Assembly: GCA_963847225.1 (NCBI GenBank)
Contig: CAWJYZ010000002.1
Span: forward strand, 269,007-333,006
DNA from: an uncultured bacterium
Lineage (GTDB): Bacteria; Chloroflexota; Dormibacteria; Aeolococcales; Aeolococcaceae
Length of the DNA: 64,000 bases
Direction: 5' to 3'
Positions 28,451-41,860 of this stretch are shown here, in pieces. The notes beneath the pieces are model-generated. The model saw nothing but the letters and a program-made list of their open reading frames with translations. It made no database searches and had not been told where the DNA came from. Made by a program: the position numbers and the translations under genes. Position 1 is the first letter of the stretch. Each line of letters begins with the position of its first letter.

Positions 28451-30022
28451 GTGCCGGCGCCGCCATCGAAGGGCTACGCTGCGGCTCCAGTGCTCAGCCT
28501 CGACGGATCCCCGCTCGGCATCGACGACCTGGTGGAGGTGGCGCGACGGGGCAGCCCCGTCGTGCTGAGCGAGGCGGGGCGGCAGCGCATGCTTCCCGCT
28601 CTGGAGCTCGTGCAGCGGTTTCACGCCGGCGGCGACCCCGTGTACGGGGTCACCACTGGCTTCGGGGCCCTGGCCGATCGGGCCATTCCCGACGCCGAGC
28701 GCGCCCGCCTCCAGAGATCGGTCATCCGCAGCCACGCCGCCGGCATGGGCGAACCCCTTCCCGCCGAGGTCGTCCGGGGCATGCTTCTCCTCCGCGCCCG
28801 CAGCCTCGCCGCGGGGTGCTCCGGGGTCCGCCCCGAGCTCCCGGAGGCCATCTGCGGCCTTCTCTGCGCCGGCATCACCCCTTGGGTGCCCGAGCACGGC
28901 TCCCTGGGCGCATCCGGTGACCTCGCCCCCCTGGCCCACGCTGCCGCCGCCCTCACCGGCGAGGGCTGGGTGCGTGCCGCGGACGGAGGACGGCGACCCG
29001 CCGGCGCGGCCCTCGCCGAGGCCGGGCTCGCCCCGATCATCCCAGGCCCCAAAGAGGGCTTGGCCCTCATCAATGGCACGGAGGGCATGGCTTCGGCCCT
29101 GGGGCTTGCCACCTTCGACCTGGAGCATCTCCTCACCGCCATCGACTGCGCCTGCGCACTCTCGGTCGAAGCTCTGCTCGGCTCCCCCCGCCCCTACGAC
29201 GCCGAGGTGATGGCCCTCCGTCCCGCGCCCGGGCAGGAGGCGGCGGCGGCCAACCTCCGCGCCCTCCTCGAAGACTCGGCGGTCGTCGCCTCGCACCGCG
29301 AGTCTCACCACGCCGTGCAGGACGCGTACTCACTGCGCTGCGCCCCCCAGGTGCACGGCGCCGCCCGCGACGTTGTCGGCTTCTGCCGGCAGACCGTCGA
29401 GCGGGAGATGGCCAGCGTGGTGGACAACCCGGTGGTGCTCGCCGGCCGCGGCGAGCTCTTCTCCACCGGAAACTTCCACGGCCAGGCTCTGGCCTACGCC
29501 GCCGACTTCCTGGCCGCGGCCTGCGCCGATCTGGCCGCGATCAGCGAAAGGCGTATCAACAGGCTCCTTGACCCCGCCCGCTCGCGCGGCCTTCCGGCCT
29601 TTCTCAGCCCCGATCCGGGGCTGAACAGCGGGCTGATGATCGCCCAGTACACGGCAGCGAGCTGCGTCATCCAACTCCGCCAGATGGCGGCGCCGATGGC
29701 GGTGCACAGCCTCGACACCAGCGCCGGCCAGGAGGACCACGTCTCCGCCGGATTCGCCGCGGCGATGCGGACTCGGCGCAGCGTCGACCTCTGCCACAAG
29801 GTCGTGGCGGTGGAGATGGTCTGCGCCGCCCAGGCGGTCGAGATGCGCGCCCCGCTCCGACCCGGTGCGGCGACCGCGGCCATCCTCGGCTCCCTGCGCG
29901 GAAGGGTCCCCCACCTCGACGACGACCGCCCCCTCGCTCCCGACCTCGAAGCCGCCCAGGGCTGGCTCAGCGAGGGAGGATGGCGCGACGCGGCGCAGGC
30001 CATGACCGGTCCCCTGCGATGA
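28451..30022 (+). CDS. hutH: Histidine ammonia-lyase
   Basis: GTG at 28451 ([34 protein letters not shown]). The ASG of the MIO-forming triad is in [19 protein letters not shown]. The ORF-track N-terminal 348 aa (27407-28450) is a spurious antisense extension over the MBL gene. Confidence 0.85.
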   Translation: MPAPPSKGYAAAPVLSLDGSPLGIDDLVEVARRGSPVVLSEAGRQRMLPALELVQRFHAGGDPVYGVTTGFGALADRAIPDAERARLQRSVIRSHAAGMGEPLPAEVVRGMLLLRARSLAAGCSGVRPELPEAICGLLCAGITPWVPEHGSLGASGDLAPLAHAAAALTGEGWVRAADGGRRPAGAALAEAGLAPIIPGPKEGLALINGTEGMASALGLATFDLEHLLTAIDCACALSVEALLGSPRPYDAEVMALRPAPGQEAAAANLRALLEDSAVVASHRESHHAVQDAYSLRCAPQVHGAARDVVGFCRQTVEREMASVVDNPVVLAGRGELFSTGNFHGQALAYAADFLAAACADLAAISERRINRLLDPARSRGLPAFLSPDPGLNSGLMIAQYTAASCVIQLRQMAAPMAVHSLDTSAGQEDHVSAGFAAAMRTRRSVDLCHKVVAVEMVCAAQAVEMRAPLRPGAATAAILGSLRGRVPHLDDDRPLAPDLEAAQGWLSEGGWRDAAQAMTGPLR

Positions 30023-31677
30023 GCGGTCCACGCCGGGTCAGCGCTCCCCGCGGCGGAGAGCTGAGCTGCCGCAGCTGGCAGACCGAGGCGCCACTCCGCT
30101 GCCTCATGAACAACCTCGATCCGGAGGTCGCCGAGCGTCCCGACGACCTGGTGGTCTATGGGGGCACGGGGCGCGCGGCCCGCTCCTGGGAGGCCTTCGA
30201 CGCCATCTGCGCCACACTCCGCTCGCTGGGGGAGGAGGAGACCCTTCTCGTCCAGTCGGGGAAGCCCGTGGGGGTTGCGCGAACTCACGAGATGGCGCCC
30301 CGGGTGCTCATCGCCAACGCCCTGCTGGTGCCGGAGTGGGCGACCTGGGAGGAGTTCCGTCGCCTGGAGGCGCAGGGGCTCACGATGTTCGGCCAGATGA
30401 CGGCGGGTTCCTGGATCTACATCGGGACCCAGGGCATCCTCCAAGGCACCTACGAGACCTTCGCGGCGATAGCGCGCATCCGCTTCGGCGGTTCGCTGCG
30501 CGGTCGCCTCGTGCTCACCGCCGGGCTCGGCGGGATGGGCGGAGCCCAACCCCTCGCCGTGACCATGAACGACGGCGTGGCCCTCTGCGTTGAGGTCGAT
30601 CCCGAGAGAGCGCGGCGCCGTCTCGAGACCGGCTACCTCGACGAGCTCGCGGACTCCCTCGACAACGCGGTGCGCCGCGCCGATCTGGCTCGCGAGCAGG
30701 GACGCCCGCTTTCTGTCGGAGTTGTCGCGAACGCGGCGGACGCCCTGCCCGCACTTCTCGGCGCCGGTTTCGCCGCCGACATCGTGACCGACCAGACCTC
30801 GGCTCACGATCCCCTCAACGGCTACATCCCCGCCGGAATCTCGCTGGAGGCGGCGACACAGCTGCGCCACGACGACCCCGACGAATACGTCCGCCGCGCG
30901 CGCTCCTCCATGGCCCGGCACTGCGCCGCCATGGTGGAGTACGCCCGCCGTGGCGCCGAGGTATTCGATTACGGCAACGCCCTGCGCGACGAGGCGCGGC
31001 GCGGCGGGTTCGCCGACGCCTTCTCGTATCCGGGATTCGTCCCCGCCTACATCAGGCCGCAGTTCTGCGAAGGTCGCGGACCGTTCCGCTGGGTGGCGCT
31101 CTCCGGCGATCCCCGCGATATCGCGGCCACCGACCGCGCCGTCGCCGAGCTGTTCCCGGACAACGAGGGGCTGCAGCGCTGGCTGCACCTCGCCCGTGAA
31201 CGGGTGCGCTTCCAGGGCCTGCCGGCACGCATCTGCTGGCTCGGGGCCGGTGAGCGAGAGGTCGCCGGCCTGAGATTCAATCAGATGGTGAGAGACGGCG
31301 AGCTCTCGGCACCCGTCGTCATCGGCCGGGACCACCTCGATGCTGGCAGCGTCGCCTCCCCCTATCGCGAGACCGAGTCCATGCGCGACGGCAGCGACGC
31401 CATCGCCGACTGGCCCATCCTCAACGCCCTGCTCAACACCGCGAGCGGCGCTACCTGGGTGGCCGTGCACCACGGCGGTGGGGTGGGGATCGGCAAGGCC
31501 ATCCACGCCGGTGCCCAGATCTGCGTCGACGGCAGCGAGCTCTCGGCGCGGCGGGCCCGGCTCATGCTGGCCAACGACCCCGCCACCGGGGTGATGCGCC
31601 ACGCGGACGCCGGCTACCCCGAGGCCCTCGCCACCGCCCGCGCCCGGGACATCCGCATCCCCATGCTCGAGGAGTGA
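30019..31677 (+). CDS. hutU: Urocanate hydratase
   Basis: ATG at 30019, an ATGA overlap with the hutH stop. Motifs [19 protein letters not shown] and [15 protein letters not shown] are present. Confidence 0.9.
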   Translation: MSGPRRVSAPRGGELSCRSWQTEAPLRCLMNNLDPEVAERPDDLVVYGGTGRAARSWEAFDAICATLRSLGEEETLLVQSGKPVGVARTHEMAPRVLIANALLVPEWATWEEFRRLEAQGLTMFGQMTAGSWIYIGTQGILQGTYETFAAIARIRFGGSLRGRLVLTAGLGGMGGAQPLAVTMNDGVALCVEVDPERARRRLETGYLDELADSLDNAVRRADLAREQGRPLSVGVVANAADALPALLGAGFAADIVTDQTSAHDPLNGYIPAGISLEAATQLRHDDPDEYVRRARSSMARHCAAMVEYARRGAEVFDYGNALRDEARRGGFADAFSYPGFVPAYIRPQFCEGRGPFRWVALSGDPRDIAATDRAVAELFPDNEGLQRWLHLARERVRFQGLPARICWLGAGEREVAGLRFNQMVRDGELSAPVVIGRDHLDAGSVASPYRETESMRDGSDAIADWPILNALLNTASGATWVAVHHGGGVGIGKAIHAGAQICVDGSELSARRARLMLANDPATGVMRHADAGYPEALATARARDIRIPMLEE

Positions 31678-31696
31678 GGCTGGCGGCGGCGCCCCG

Positions 31697-32908
31697 ATGA
31701 ATCCGACCCCGAGCCTCGTCGTCGTCAACATCGGGGAGCTGGTGACCGGCGACCCTCGCCTCCCCGCCCCCGGCGTGGTGCGCGACGCCATCCTCGCCTG
31801 CACCGGCGAGCGCGTGGCCTACGCGGGGGCGGCATCCCGATTCGACCTCGACACGGACGGGGGGACCGTCGAGCTCGACGCCCGAGGTGCCGCGGTCGTC
31901 CCCGGCTTCGTGGACTCGCACACCCACCTCATCTGGCTCGGCGACCGCTCCGAGGAGTACGCGCGGCGGGCCGAGGGCGCCACCTACGAGGAGATCGCCG
32001 CCCTCGGCGGGGGCATCCGCGCGACCACCTCCGCCACCTCGGCAGGGAGCGTCGAGGAGCTCGCCGCCGCGGCCGGGGAGCGCGCCCGGCGGATGCTCCG
32101 GCTCGGCACCACGACCGTGGAGGTGAAGAGCGGCTATGGCGCGGATGGCGACGCCGAGCTGCGCCAGCTGCACGCCGCCCATCTCCTGCGCGAGCGCCCC
32201 AGGCTGCCCGACATCGCCATCACCTACCTCCCCCTCCATGGCCCTCCTGGAACCGACCGCGCCGCCCAGGTCGAGGCTGTGCTGACCCAGGGGCTCCCGG
32301 CGGCGGCCCCGCTCGCCGGCTACATCGACTGCTTCTGCGATGCCGGGGCGTGGAGCGTCGCGGACTGCGAAAGGGTGCTGCGCGCGGGGAGGACGCTGGG
32401 GTTGCGCCCCAAGGTCCACGCCGAGCAGCGCAGCCGGAGCGGGGGCGCCGCCCTGGCGGCACGGCTCGGCGCGGTCTCCGCCGACCATCTCGACCACGCC
32501 GACGACGACGACCTCCGCCGTCTGGCCGCCGCCGGGGTGACCGGCGTGCTCCTCCCCGGCGCCTCCCTCGTGCTGGGCGGCCCGCCTCCCCCGGGGCGGC
32601 GCCTCCTGGAGGCGGGTGCCTCGGTCGCCGTCGCCACCGACTGCAACCCCGGAACATGCTGGTGCGAGGCGATGCCACTCATGGTCTCGCTGGCGGTGGC
32701 CACCGCCGGGCTCACGCCGGCTCAGGCCCTCCTCGCCGCCACGGCAGGCGGGGCCGAGGCCCTCGACCTGCCCGACCGCGGCCGCCTCATCGCGGGCCTG
32801 CGCGGCGACGCCCTGATGCTGGAGAGCCCGCATTGGATCGATGTCGCATACCACCTCGGCGCCAACCCCGTGGCCCGGGTCATCGCCGCCGGGAGGCTGG
32901 CGGAATGA
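31697..32908 (+). CDS. hutI: Imidazolonepropionase
   Basis: Motifs VVPGFVDSHTHLIW, KVHAEQ and VATDCNPG are present. Confidence 0.9.
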   Translation: MNPTPSLVVVNIGELVTGDPRLPAPGVVRDAILACTGERVAYAGAASRFDLDTDGGTVELDARGAAVVPGFVDSHTHLIWLGDRSEEYARRAEGATYEEIAALGGGIRATTSATSAGSVEELAAAAGERARRMLRLGTTTVEVKSGYGADGDAELRQLHAAHLLRERPRLPDIAITYLPLHGPPGTDRAAQVEAVLTQGLPAAAPLAGYIDCFCDAGAWSVADCERVLRAGRTLGLRPKVHAEQRSRSGGAALAARLGAVSADHLDHADDDDLRRLAAAGVTGVLLPGASLVLGGPPPPGRRLLEAGASVAVATDCNPGTCWCEAMPLMVSLAVATAGLTPAQALLAATAGGAEALDLPDRGRLIAGLRGDALMLESPHWIDVAYHLGANPVARVIAAGRLAE

Positions 32909-32916
32909 GTTCGACC

Positions 32917-33237
32917 TCAGCCGCCGCCAGCGCTGCCGCAGCGCTCCAGGCGGTGGATGGCCCGGCGAAGATCGCCCAGGGAGACGTCGAGGTGCTCCTG
33001 GGATTCGCGGCAGCGCGCCGCGTAGTCCTCGAGCGTCGCCGCGCCGCTCCGGGCCGCGGCCATGATCAGCACCAGGCCCGTCATGTCGTGAAAGGGCCCG
33101 TCGTGGATGGCGCGGGCGATTTCCCGGCACTGCCGCCGACACTGCCGCAGCTCTTCGTGAAGGACGCTCGCCTCCCGCTCACCCTGGCTCACGGGGTCAC
33201 CGTACGCCCCGGGAACGCCCTTCAATCGACGGGTCAT
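32917..33237 (-). CDS. HisKA_3 (NarX/DesK-type dimerisation/phosphoacceptor) domain-only protein; likely a truncated histidine-kinase remnant
   Basis: H-box REIARAIHDGPFHDMTGLVLIMAAARS and the second helix LGDLRRAIHRL are present. There is no HATPase_c domain downstream; hutI abuts it. Confidence 0.35.
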   Translation of the reverse strand: MTRRLKGVPGAYGDPVSQGEREASVLHEELRQCRRQCREIARAIHDGPFHDMTGLVLIMAAARSGAATLEDYAARCRESQEHLDVSLGDLRRAIHRLERCGSAGGG

Positions 33238-33385
33238 GGCCGTGATGTCCGGTTGTCGCGCTCTTTGCGATCCGGCCGCCGAGCGGATGACCGCGCGCAC
33301 GGCGCCGTCACGCCGCCGTTGCGGGCCAACGCCGGAGGACGCCCGCCGCCGTGGTGCCCTGGCCGTCCCCATCTGGCGGCCCGCC

Positions 33386-33784
33386 TCAGGGGCGGAAGCG
33401 GCGCTCCTCGCGGACGTGCATCGCCGCCTCCTCCGCGGCTTCCGCCTCGCCTCGGGGCGGCTCGTCGGCATCCTCCTCGCCGAGCTCCAGAGCGATGTCG
33501 TCCGCGCCGGGCTCCGCCGCCTGGATCTCGCCGGACGCCGCGGCGGAAGGGCGAAGGGCCCGGTCCGGCTCCTCCTCGGCGAGGCGCTCGTCGAGGCTGT
33601 CGCGCCGGTACCGTTGGTCCTCGGGGCGCATCCGCGGGTGGGAGACGTCCACCTCCTCGCCCTCGTCCCCCATCACCTCGGCGGGGTCGGGCTCCTCGGC
33701 ACCGAGGATGGCGTCGCTGTCGGCGGGAACGTCGTTCCAGGGGAGGTCCTCGGGATGCTCGTCCTCGCGGTTTGTGCGTGCCAT
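33386..33784 (-). CDS. Hypothetical highly acidic protein
   Basis: ATG at 33784 (MARTNREDEHPEDLPWNDVP...) preceded by a GGTGGA. The protein is Asp/Glu-rich throughout. Confidence 0.4.
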   Translation of the reverse strand: MARTNREDEHPEDLPWNDVPADSDAILGAEEPDPAEVMGDEGEEVDVSHPRMRPEDQRYRRDSLDERLAEEEPDRALRPSAAASGEIQAAEPGADDIALELGEEDADEPPRGEAEAAEEAAMHVREERRFRP

Positions 33785-34049
33785 CGCGAGTCCACCATAG
33801 CGGGGCGGGGCAAACCCGGGCAGCGCCCCGGGGCGGGGCCCACGCCGTTTCGACGGGCATACGCGCATCGAGGAATAGATGGTTCCTAGATTCGCCATGG
33901 CGCTCAAATAAGGAACCATCTCTTCCTCGATAAGCCAAGGGGTGCCGAGAAGGGGGGGTCGGCCCCCCAGCGAGCTCAGCTGCGTCCGCTATGGACCTGC
34001 CCGCCGGACCCTCGCGCCGCCGGTTCCGTCGCCCGCGAGCCGAGCGAGG

Positions 34050-34717
34050 CTACAGGGACCTCCCGCCCGGGTACCCCTCGAGGGGACCGGGGAACTCGCG
34101 CTCCGCCACCCCTTCGAGGCGGGCAGCCACCCGGCGCATGACAAGGACGCCGGCGATGACGAGGACGCCGCCGACGACACCGAGGACGATGTCAGCGGGC
34201 CCCTGGAAGTGGCTTAGGTTCTTGCCGAGCTCGTAGGCGGCGAGGCTCCACCCCGTGGCCCAGACGATTCCCCCGACGGCGTTGTAGACGAGGAAGGCGG
34301 GCCAGCGCATCCGTCCCGCGCCGGCCAGGAAGGCGGCGTAGGCGCGCAGGATGGCGACAAAGCGGCCGAAGAAGACGACCTTGCCGCCATGCCGTTTGAA
34401 GACGTAGCGGGCCACCTTGACCTTCGCCTGTTCGAGGTGGATGTAGCGCCCGTAGCGGACGAGGAGGCGGTAGCCGCCCCACCAGCCGAGCCCGTAGCCG
34501 ATGTTGTCCCCGATGATCGCCCCGGCGACCCCGGCCACGATCACCCAGAGGATGGCCAGGTGCACGCCGCCGGTGTGGGTTCCGGCGAGCGTGGCGGCGG
34601 TGATCAGGGTGGTCTCGCCGGGAAGCGGGATGCCGAGGCTCTCCACCGCCACGATCACGAAGACGGCCAGATAGCTCCAGTGATCGACGAAGCCGGTGAA
34701 GTCCAGTCCGAGGACCA

Positions 34718-34718
<1 letters not shown>
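34050..34718 (-). CDS. DedA-family (VTT/SNARE-associated domain) membrane protein
   Basis: ATG at 34718 (MVLGLDFTGFVDHWSYLAVFVIVAVESLGIPLPGET) overlaps the glgX stop (TGATG). Confidence 0.8.
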
Positions 34719-36889
<2,171 letters not shown>

Positions 36890-36900
36890 GGAGAGGCAGC

Positions 36901-38760
36901 GTGTCAGAGTACCCGACCGTGCAGCCCCCACCGTCCCCTCGGGCCTGGGGCGTCGTCCTTCGCTACACGCGTACCGATGGCGCGCCGCAGCGCCCTTCCC
37001 CGGCCACCGTCGCGGCCCTTCTCGCCGCCATGGGGGCGATCGGCAGGTCTCCCCCGGTCGGGCCAGAGGAGGAGGCCAGCGGCCCCCTCGTGGTCACCGC
37101 GGGGAGCAGCGCGGAGGCCGGCGCGGAGGGGGAGATCGAGCTGGAGGATGGCGGGTCCCGTGCCTGCCGGGGCCGCCTCCCCACCGATCTCCCCCTCGGC
37201 TATCACCGGCTCCACCAGGATGTCCGCTCCCGCCCCCTTATCGTCACCCCGCCGCGCTGCCACCCCGGGGCGGCGCTGCGCGGCTTCGGCTTCACCGTCC
37301 AGCTGGCCGCCGTCCGCTCGGCGCAGAGCTGGGGGATCGGCGACCTTCGCGATCTGGAGGCGCTGGGGAGCTGGGCGGCCGGGCTCGGCGCCTGCGTCCT
37401 CGCCGTCAGCCCGCTGCACGCCGCCCTCCCCATCGCGCCCGTGGAACGCAGCCCCTACTACCCGGCAAGCCGCCTCTTCCTCAACCCCCTCCACCTCCGC
37501 CCGGAGCCCGAGGATGACCCCGAGGTCCGCTCCCTCGCGGCCACGGCCCGCCGCCTCGACCTCGACCGGCGTATCGACCGGGACCGCGTCGTCGCTCTCA
37601 AGATGGCCGCCCTCGAGCGTCTCTTCGCCATCACCCCCGGGGCGAACGACGCTGCCGACCGTGCCCTCCGGGAGCGCCCCCACCTCCGCGATCTGGCCCT
37701 CTTCTCGGCTGTCGCCGAGCGGCATGGACGGGACTGGCGGGACTGGCCGCACCGGCTGAAGGACCGCGAGCGGGCGGCCCTCGCGGCCGCCGAGAGCGAG
37801 CTGGCGCCGCGCGTCCGCTTCCATGCCTGGGTGCAGAGTGAGCTCGACCGGCAGCTGCGGGCCGCCGGACGCACGCTGCCTCTGGTCGCCGACCTCGCTG
37901 TCGGCGTCCATCCGGGCGGTGCCGACGCCTGGATCTTCCAGGCGGTGCTCGCCCCGGGGGTGAGCGTCGGCGCCCCTCCGGACAGCTTCAACTCTCTGGG
38001 GCAGGACTGGGGTCTTCCCGCCTTCGATCCCTGGAAGCTGCGGGCAGCCGGTTACCGGCCGTTCGTGGAGACGCTCCGAGCCGCCCTCCGCCACGCCGGG
38101 GGGCTGCGCATCGATCACGTCATGGGCCTGGAGCGGCTGTGGTGGATCCCGGCCGGGGCCGGCCCGGCGGAGGGAGCCTACGTCCGCTACCCCGTCGACG
38201 ATCTCCTCGGCATCGTGGCCCTGGAGTCCGTGCGCCACCGGGCGGTGGTGATCGGGGAGGACCTGGGGACGGTCCCCCGCGGGCTGCGCGCCCGGCTGCG
38301 CCGGCGCGGCCTCCTCGGCTACGTCCTCCTCCTCTTCGACGACCGCCCCCCGGAGCGCTGGCCGCGGTCCGCCGTCGCCGCCGTGACCACCCATGACCTG
38401 CCCACCGTCGCCGGGCTGTGGGAGGGGACCGACCTCGCCTTCCGACGCCAGGTCGGGCTCCCCGCCGACGCCGAGGAGGCCCGGGCCCTCCGCGCCCGCT
38501 TGTCCCGCGGTGGCCTACCCCCTGGCGCGGGCGTCGAGGCGGCCATCCTCCACGCCCACCGGGCCCTGGGACGGTCTCCCTGTCGCCTCGTGATGGCGAG
38601 CCTCGAGGATGTGGCGGCGGTCCGGGAGCGACCCAATCAACCCGGGCTGCGGGCCTCGAGCAACTGGTCCCTGGCCCTGCCCGCGCCCCTGGAGCAGCTC
38701 ACCGCGGGGCCGCGGGCGGGGGCGGTCGCGGAGGCCCTGCGCCGAGATCGCAGGCGGTGA
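36901..38760 (+). CDS. malQ: 4-alpha-glucanotransferase (amylomaltase, GH77) with an N-terminal extension
   Basis: GH77 blocks SWGIGDL and DHVMGLERLWWIP are present. GTG at 36901 lies 4 nt after a GAGAGG; the exact start is uncertain (36883 TTG or 36919 GTG are alternatives). Confidence 0.85.
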   Translation: MSEYPTVQPPPSPRAWGVVLRYTRTDGAPQRPSPATVAALLAAMGAIGRSPPVGPEEEASGPLVVTAGSSAEAGAEGEIELEDGGSRACRGRLPTDLPLGYHRLHQDVRSRPLIVTPPRCHPGAALRGFGFTVQLAAVRSAQSWGIGDLRDLEALGSWAAGLGACVLAVSPLHAALPIAPVERSPYYPASRLFLNPLHLRPEPEDDPEVRSLAATARRLDLDRRIDRDRVVALKMAALERLFAITPGANDAADRALRERPHLRDLALFSAVAERHGRDWRDWPHRLKDRERAALAAAESELAPRVRFHAWVQSELDRQLRAAGRTLPLVADLAVGVHPGGADAWIFQAVLAPGVSVGAPPDSFNSLGQDWGLPAFDPWKLRAAGYRPFVETLRAALRHAGGLRIDHVMGLERLWWIPAGAGPAEGAYVRYPVDDLLGIVALESVRHRAVVIGEDLGTVPRGLRARLRRRGLLGYVLLLFDDRPPERWPRSAVAAVTTHDLPTVAGLWEGTDLAFRRQVGLPADAEEARALRARLSRGGLPPGAGVEAAILHAHRALGRSPCRLVMASLEDVAAVRERPNQPGLRASSNWSLALPAPLEQLTAGPRAGAVAEALRRDRRR

Positions 38761-38845
38761 TTTTCGCGCATCACCTGTGGTATAGTTGACGCAGCAACCT
38801 GGGGTTCCACCGCCCCTATTCCAGCCCTTCCTCCCTGAGCGTCCC

Positions 38846-39067
38846 ATGAAACAGCCGTCCACGCGGTCCGACGTCGAACTCTTCCTGCGGGCCAAGGCCG
38901 AGGCGCGCCGCCTCCACCGCCCGGTGTACATCGCGGCCAACGAGATCCATCATGAGCGCCCGCCGCGGACCACGGCGATGGTCTGGCCCAACGGCAGCGT
39001 GACCTGGGGCAACCCGCAGGCGGCCAGCAAGCAGATCGACCGGAGGCATCTCCCGCCCGCTGCATAG
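38846..39067 (+). CDS. Hypothetical small protein
   Basis: ORF only (MKQPSTRSDVELFLRAKAEARRLHRPVYIAANE...). Confidence 0.2.
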   Translation: MKQPSTRSDVELFLRAKAEARRLHRPVYIAANEIHHERPPRTTAMVWPNGSVTWGNPQAASKQIDRRHLPPAA

Positions 39068-39159
39068 GTGGCGCCCGGGCTGTCCGGCTCTGCGTCGTCG
39101 CTTAAGCAGCGGAGGGGCCGCGCCCTTCGGGCCCGGCCCCTCGTCGCCTCGGGGAGCGG

Positions 39160-39336
39160 TCAGGCAGAGGCTATGCCGTTGCTGACGTTGGAATACATAT
39201 TGCTGACCTGGTGTCCCAGCACCATGACGGTGACGAGCACCACAATCGCGATGAGGACGAGGATGAATGCGTACTCCACCATTCCCTGCCCTTCCTCGTG
39301 ACGGCGCCGGGCGCGTCGGGTGGGATGGGGGAGCAT
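39160..39336 (-). CDS. flp: Flp/Fap family type IVb prepilin
   Basis: 58 aa. Leader MLPHPTRRARRRHEEGQG followed by the Flp motif MVEYAFILVLIAIVVLVTV. A strong RBS, GAAGGAGGTGG, precedes it. Confidence 0.7.
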   Translation of the reverse strand: MLPHPTRRARRRHEEGQGMVEYAFILVLIAIVVLVTVMVLGHQVSNMYSNVSNGIASA

Positions 39337-39497
39337 GTTGACCAATCCGCACCACCTCCTTCTGGTGTGCTCCTGCGTACCTCCGTCACTGACCAGCTGA
39401 CCCGAGGGCTCCAACTCTGAGGCACGGCGCGGCAGGTCGGTCCGACGCGTGCGTGACAGGTCTGTGATGGTTCTGTTGACCGCTTTGACGTGAGAGG

Positions 39498-40439
39498 TCA
39501 CTTTCCTGAAGCGAAGCTCCTCACCGCCCAGGCCACGGCGCCGACCAGCCCGGCATCGCTCCCCAGCTCGGCTCGGCCCATCCGGCACTGGCGCAGCGGG
39601 GTGGCAAAGGCGATCTCGGCCATGCCCTCGCCGATGGGCGTCTCGAGGAGGTCGTAATGGCTCCCCACCCCACCTCCGACGGCGATCGCGTCGGGCCCCA
39701 GGATGTTCACCAGGCCGCCGAAAGACCGCCCCAGGGCGCGTCCCGCCTCGCGGTAGACACGGGCGGCCAGGACATCGCCGGCGCGGGCCGCGGCGGCGAT
39801 TTGGGAGGCGTCGAGAGGGACGATTCCGGCCACCCGTGACCGCTCGCCGGCGGCCATCGCGGCGGCGGCGCGGTTGGCGATGCCACTCCCTGAGGCCACC
39901 CCCTCGAGGCAGCCGAGGTGCCCCTGGCCGCAACGCGGACCGTCCGGCGAGGCGGGCACGTGGCCGACCTCCGCGGCCGTTCCCGCCACCCCCACCTGCA
40001 GCTCGCCGTCGATGATGATCGCCCCCCCGATCCCGGTGCCGACGATGACGAAGACGAAGCGTCGGGTTCCCCGCCCCATGCCCGCCACCCACTCCGCATA
40101 GCCGGCCAGGTTGGAGTCGTTGTGGATCGCGACAGGGCAGCCCGCCGCCTCGGCGAGCATGCGGCGAGCCTCAAGGCTCTCGAAGCCGGGAAGGTGGGGA
40201 GCCGCGAAAACCACCCCGGAGGCGGGGCTCAGGGGGCCGGGAATGCCGATAGCAATCCCCTCCGGGGTGCCTCCGGCCGCCTCCCGGGCGGCCTCAGCGC
40301 AGGCCTGGAGCACCGCCTCCGGTCCGTCGACCGCGGGAGTCGAGCGACGCACCACCGGCTCGCCGTAGGTGGCCGGGCCAGTCGCCACCGCGGCCCGGAT
40401 GCTGGTCCCACCCAGGTCGACGCCGACGAGCCCGGGCAT
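39498..40439 (-). CDS. ROK-family glucokinase
   Basis: ATG at 40439 (MPGLVGVDLGGTSIR). Motifs IGIPGPL, NDSNLAGYAEW, IVGTGIGGAII and the CGQGHLGCLE zinc motif are present. Overlaps the zwf stop (TGATG). Confidence 0.8.
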   Translation of the reverse strand: MPGLVGVDLGGTSIRAAVATGPATYGEPVVRRSTPAVDGPEAVLQACAEAAREAAGGTPEGIAIGIPGPLSPASGVVFAAPHLPGFESLEARRMLAEAAGCPVAIHNDSNLAGYAEWVAGMGRGTRRFVFVIVGTGIGGAIIIDGELQVGVAGTAAEVGHVPASPDGPRCGQGHLGCLEGVASGSGIANRAAAAMAAGERSRVAGIVPLDASQIAAAARAGDVLAARVYREAGRALGRSFGGLVNILGPDAIAVGGGVGSHYDLLETPIGEGMAEIAFATPLRQCRMGRAELGSDAGLVGAVAWAVRSFASGK

Positions 40440-41857
40440 CAGGCGTTGTGCCAGTGGCCGGGACGGGCGATGCGATCCGCCGCCGCCGGACCCCAGCTCC
40501 CCGCCGAATACATCTCCACAGGAGGTGGATTGTCGAGCACCGGCTGGACCACCTGCCAACCACGCTCGACCTCATCCTCGCGGATGAAGAGGGTGTGGTC
40601 GCCGATGAGGGCGTCGTGGACGAGACGTTCATAGGCCTCCGGAGGACTGGTCTTGAACGACCCCGCATAGCGGAAGTCCATCTCCACCGGCTGGGTGGTG
40701 AGCTCCGGCCCGGGGCGCTTGGCGATGAAGGTGACCGCGATCCCCTCGTCGGGCTGGATGCGCACCACCAGACGGTTGGCGTCGAGGCTGCTGACGCCCG
40801 CGCCCCGGAAGAGATGAAGCGGGACGTCGCGGAAGCTCAGCACCACCCTCGTGTCGCGGGCGGCGAGACGCTTGCCGGTGCGCAGGAAGAAGGGAACGCC
40901 GGCCCAGCGCCAGGAGTCGATGTGGAGGCGCAGGGCGGCATAGGTCTCGACCTCGGAGCGGGGATCGACGCCGTCCTCCTCACGGTAGGCGACGGCCTGC
41001 TCGCCGTCCACCGTGCCGGCAACATACTGGCCGCGCACCACATCGTCAGGCTCCACCGGATGAAGGGCGTCGAGCACCTTCACCTTCTCGTCGCGGATGG
41101 CCTCGGCGGCGAAGGAGATGGGCGGCTCCATGGCGGTGACGGCGAGGAGCTGGAACATGTGGTTCTGGACAATGTCGCGGATCGCTCCGGTCTCCTCGTA
41201 GAAGCGCCCGCGGTGCTCGACACCGATGGACTCCGCGACGGTGATCTCCACCCGCGCCACCGCGTCGCGGTGCCAGACGCGCTCGAAGACGGAGTTGCCG
41301 AAGCGGAAGACCAGCAGGTTCTGCACCGTCTCCTTGCCGAGATAGTGGTCGATGCGGAAGATGCGGTCCTCGGGGAGGACGGAGTGAAGGGCCGCATTGA
41401 GCCTCGTCGCAGAGCCTGTGTCATGCCCGAAGGGCTTCTCGATGATCAGCTTCGTCCCGACCTGGAGGTCGGCCTTGGCGATGGCCTTGGTCAGGGTGGT
41501 GAACGCCGAGGCGGGGACGGCCAGGTACATCAGCCGGGTGCTGCGGTGAGCGGCGGTGCGCAGCGGGGCGAGATCGCCGTCTCCGCCGATGGCGACGAAG
41601 CGCAGACGCTCGGCGAAGCCGGCAAACGCCCGGTCGTCCATGCCGGTGCGCGAGTGCTCTCGCACCGCGTCGGCGGCCTGCTCGCGAAAGCGCGCGTCGT
41701 CCCAATCCATGGGCGCGACCCCGATCACGTCGCATCCACTCGGAAGCAACTCCTCCCGGTGGAGGTTGTAGAGGGCGGGGATGAGCTTGCGCGCGGCGAG
41801 GTCCCCCGTGGCCCCGACCACCACGACGTCCTGGTCGTCGGGACGGGGCAGGGTCAC
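40439..41857 (-). CDS. zwf: Glucose-6-phosphate 1-dehydrogenase
   Basis: Motifs VVVGATGDLAARKLIPALYNL, RIDHYLGKE and DIVQNHMFQLLA are present. Confidence 0.9.
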   Translation of the reverse strand: MTLPRPDDQDVVVVGATGDLAARKLIPALYNLHREELLPSGCDVIGVAPMDWDDARFREQAADAVREHSRTGMDDRAFAGFAERLRFVAIGGDGDLAPLRTAAHRSTRLMYLAVPASAFTTLTKAIAKADLQVGTKLIIEKPFGHDTGSATRLNAALHSVLPEDRIFRIDHYLGKETVQNLLVFRFGNSVFERVWHRDAVARVEITVAESIGVEHRGRFYEETGAIRDIVQNHMFQLLAVTAMEPPISFAAEAIRDEKVKVLDALHPVEPDDVVRGQYVAGTVDGEQAVAYREEDGVDPRSEVETYAALRLHIDSWRWAGVPFFLRTGKRLAARDTRVVLSFRDVPLHLFRGAGVSSLDANRLVVRIQPDEGIAVTFIAKRPGPELTTQPVEMDFRYAGSFKTSPPEAYERLVHDALIGDHTLFIREDEVERGWQVVQPVLDNPPPVEMYSAGSWGPAAADRIARPGHWHNA

Positions 41858-41860
41858 GCG

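Noticed and set aside
29494-31803. 769-aa minus-strand ORF
   Set aside because: It is antisense to hutU and hutH, which carry unmistakable family motifs. It is a high-GC open-frame artefact.
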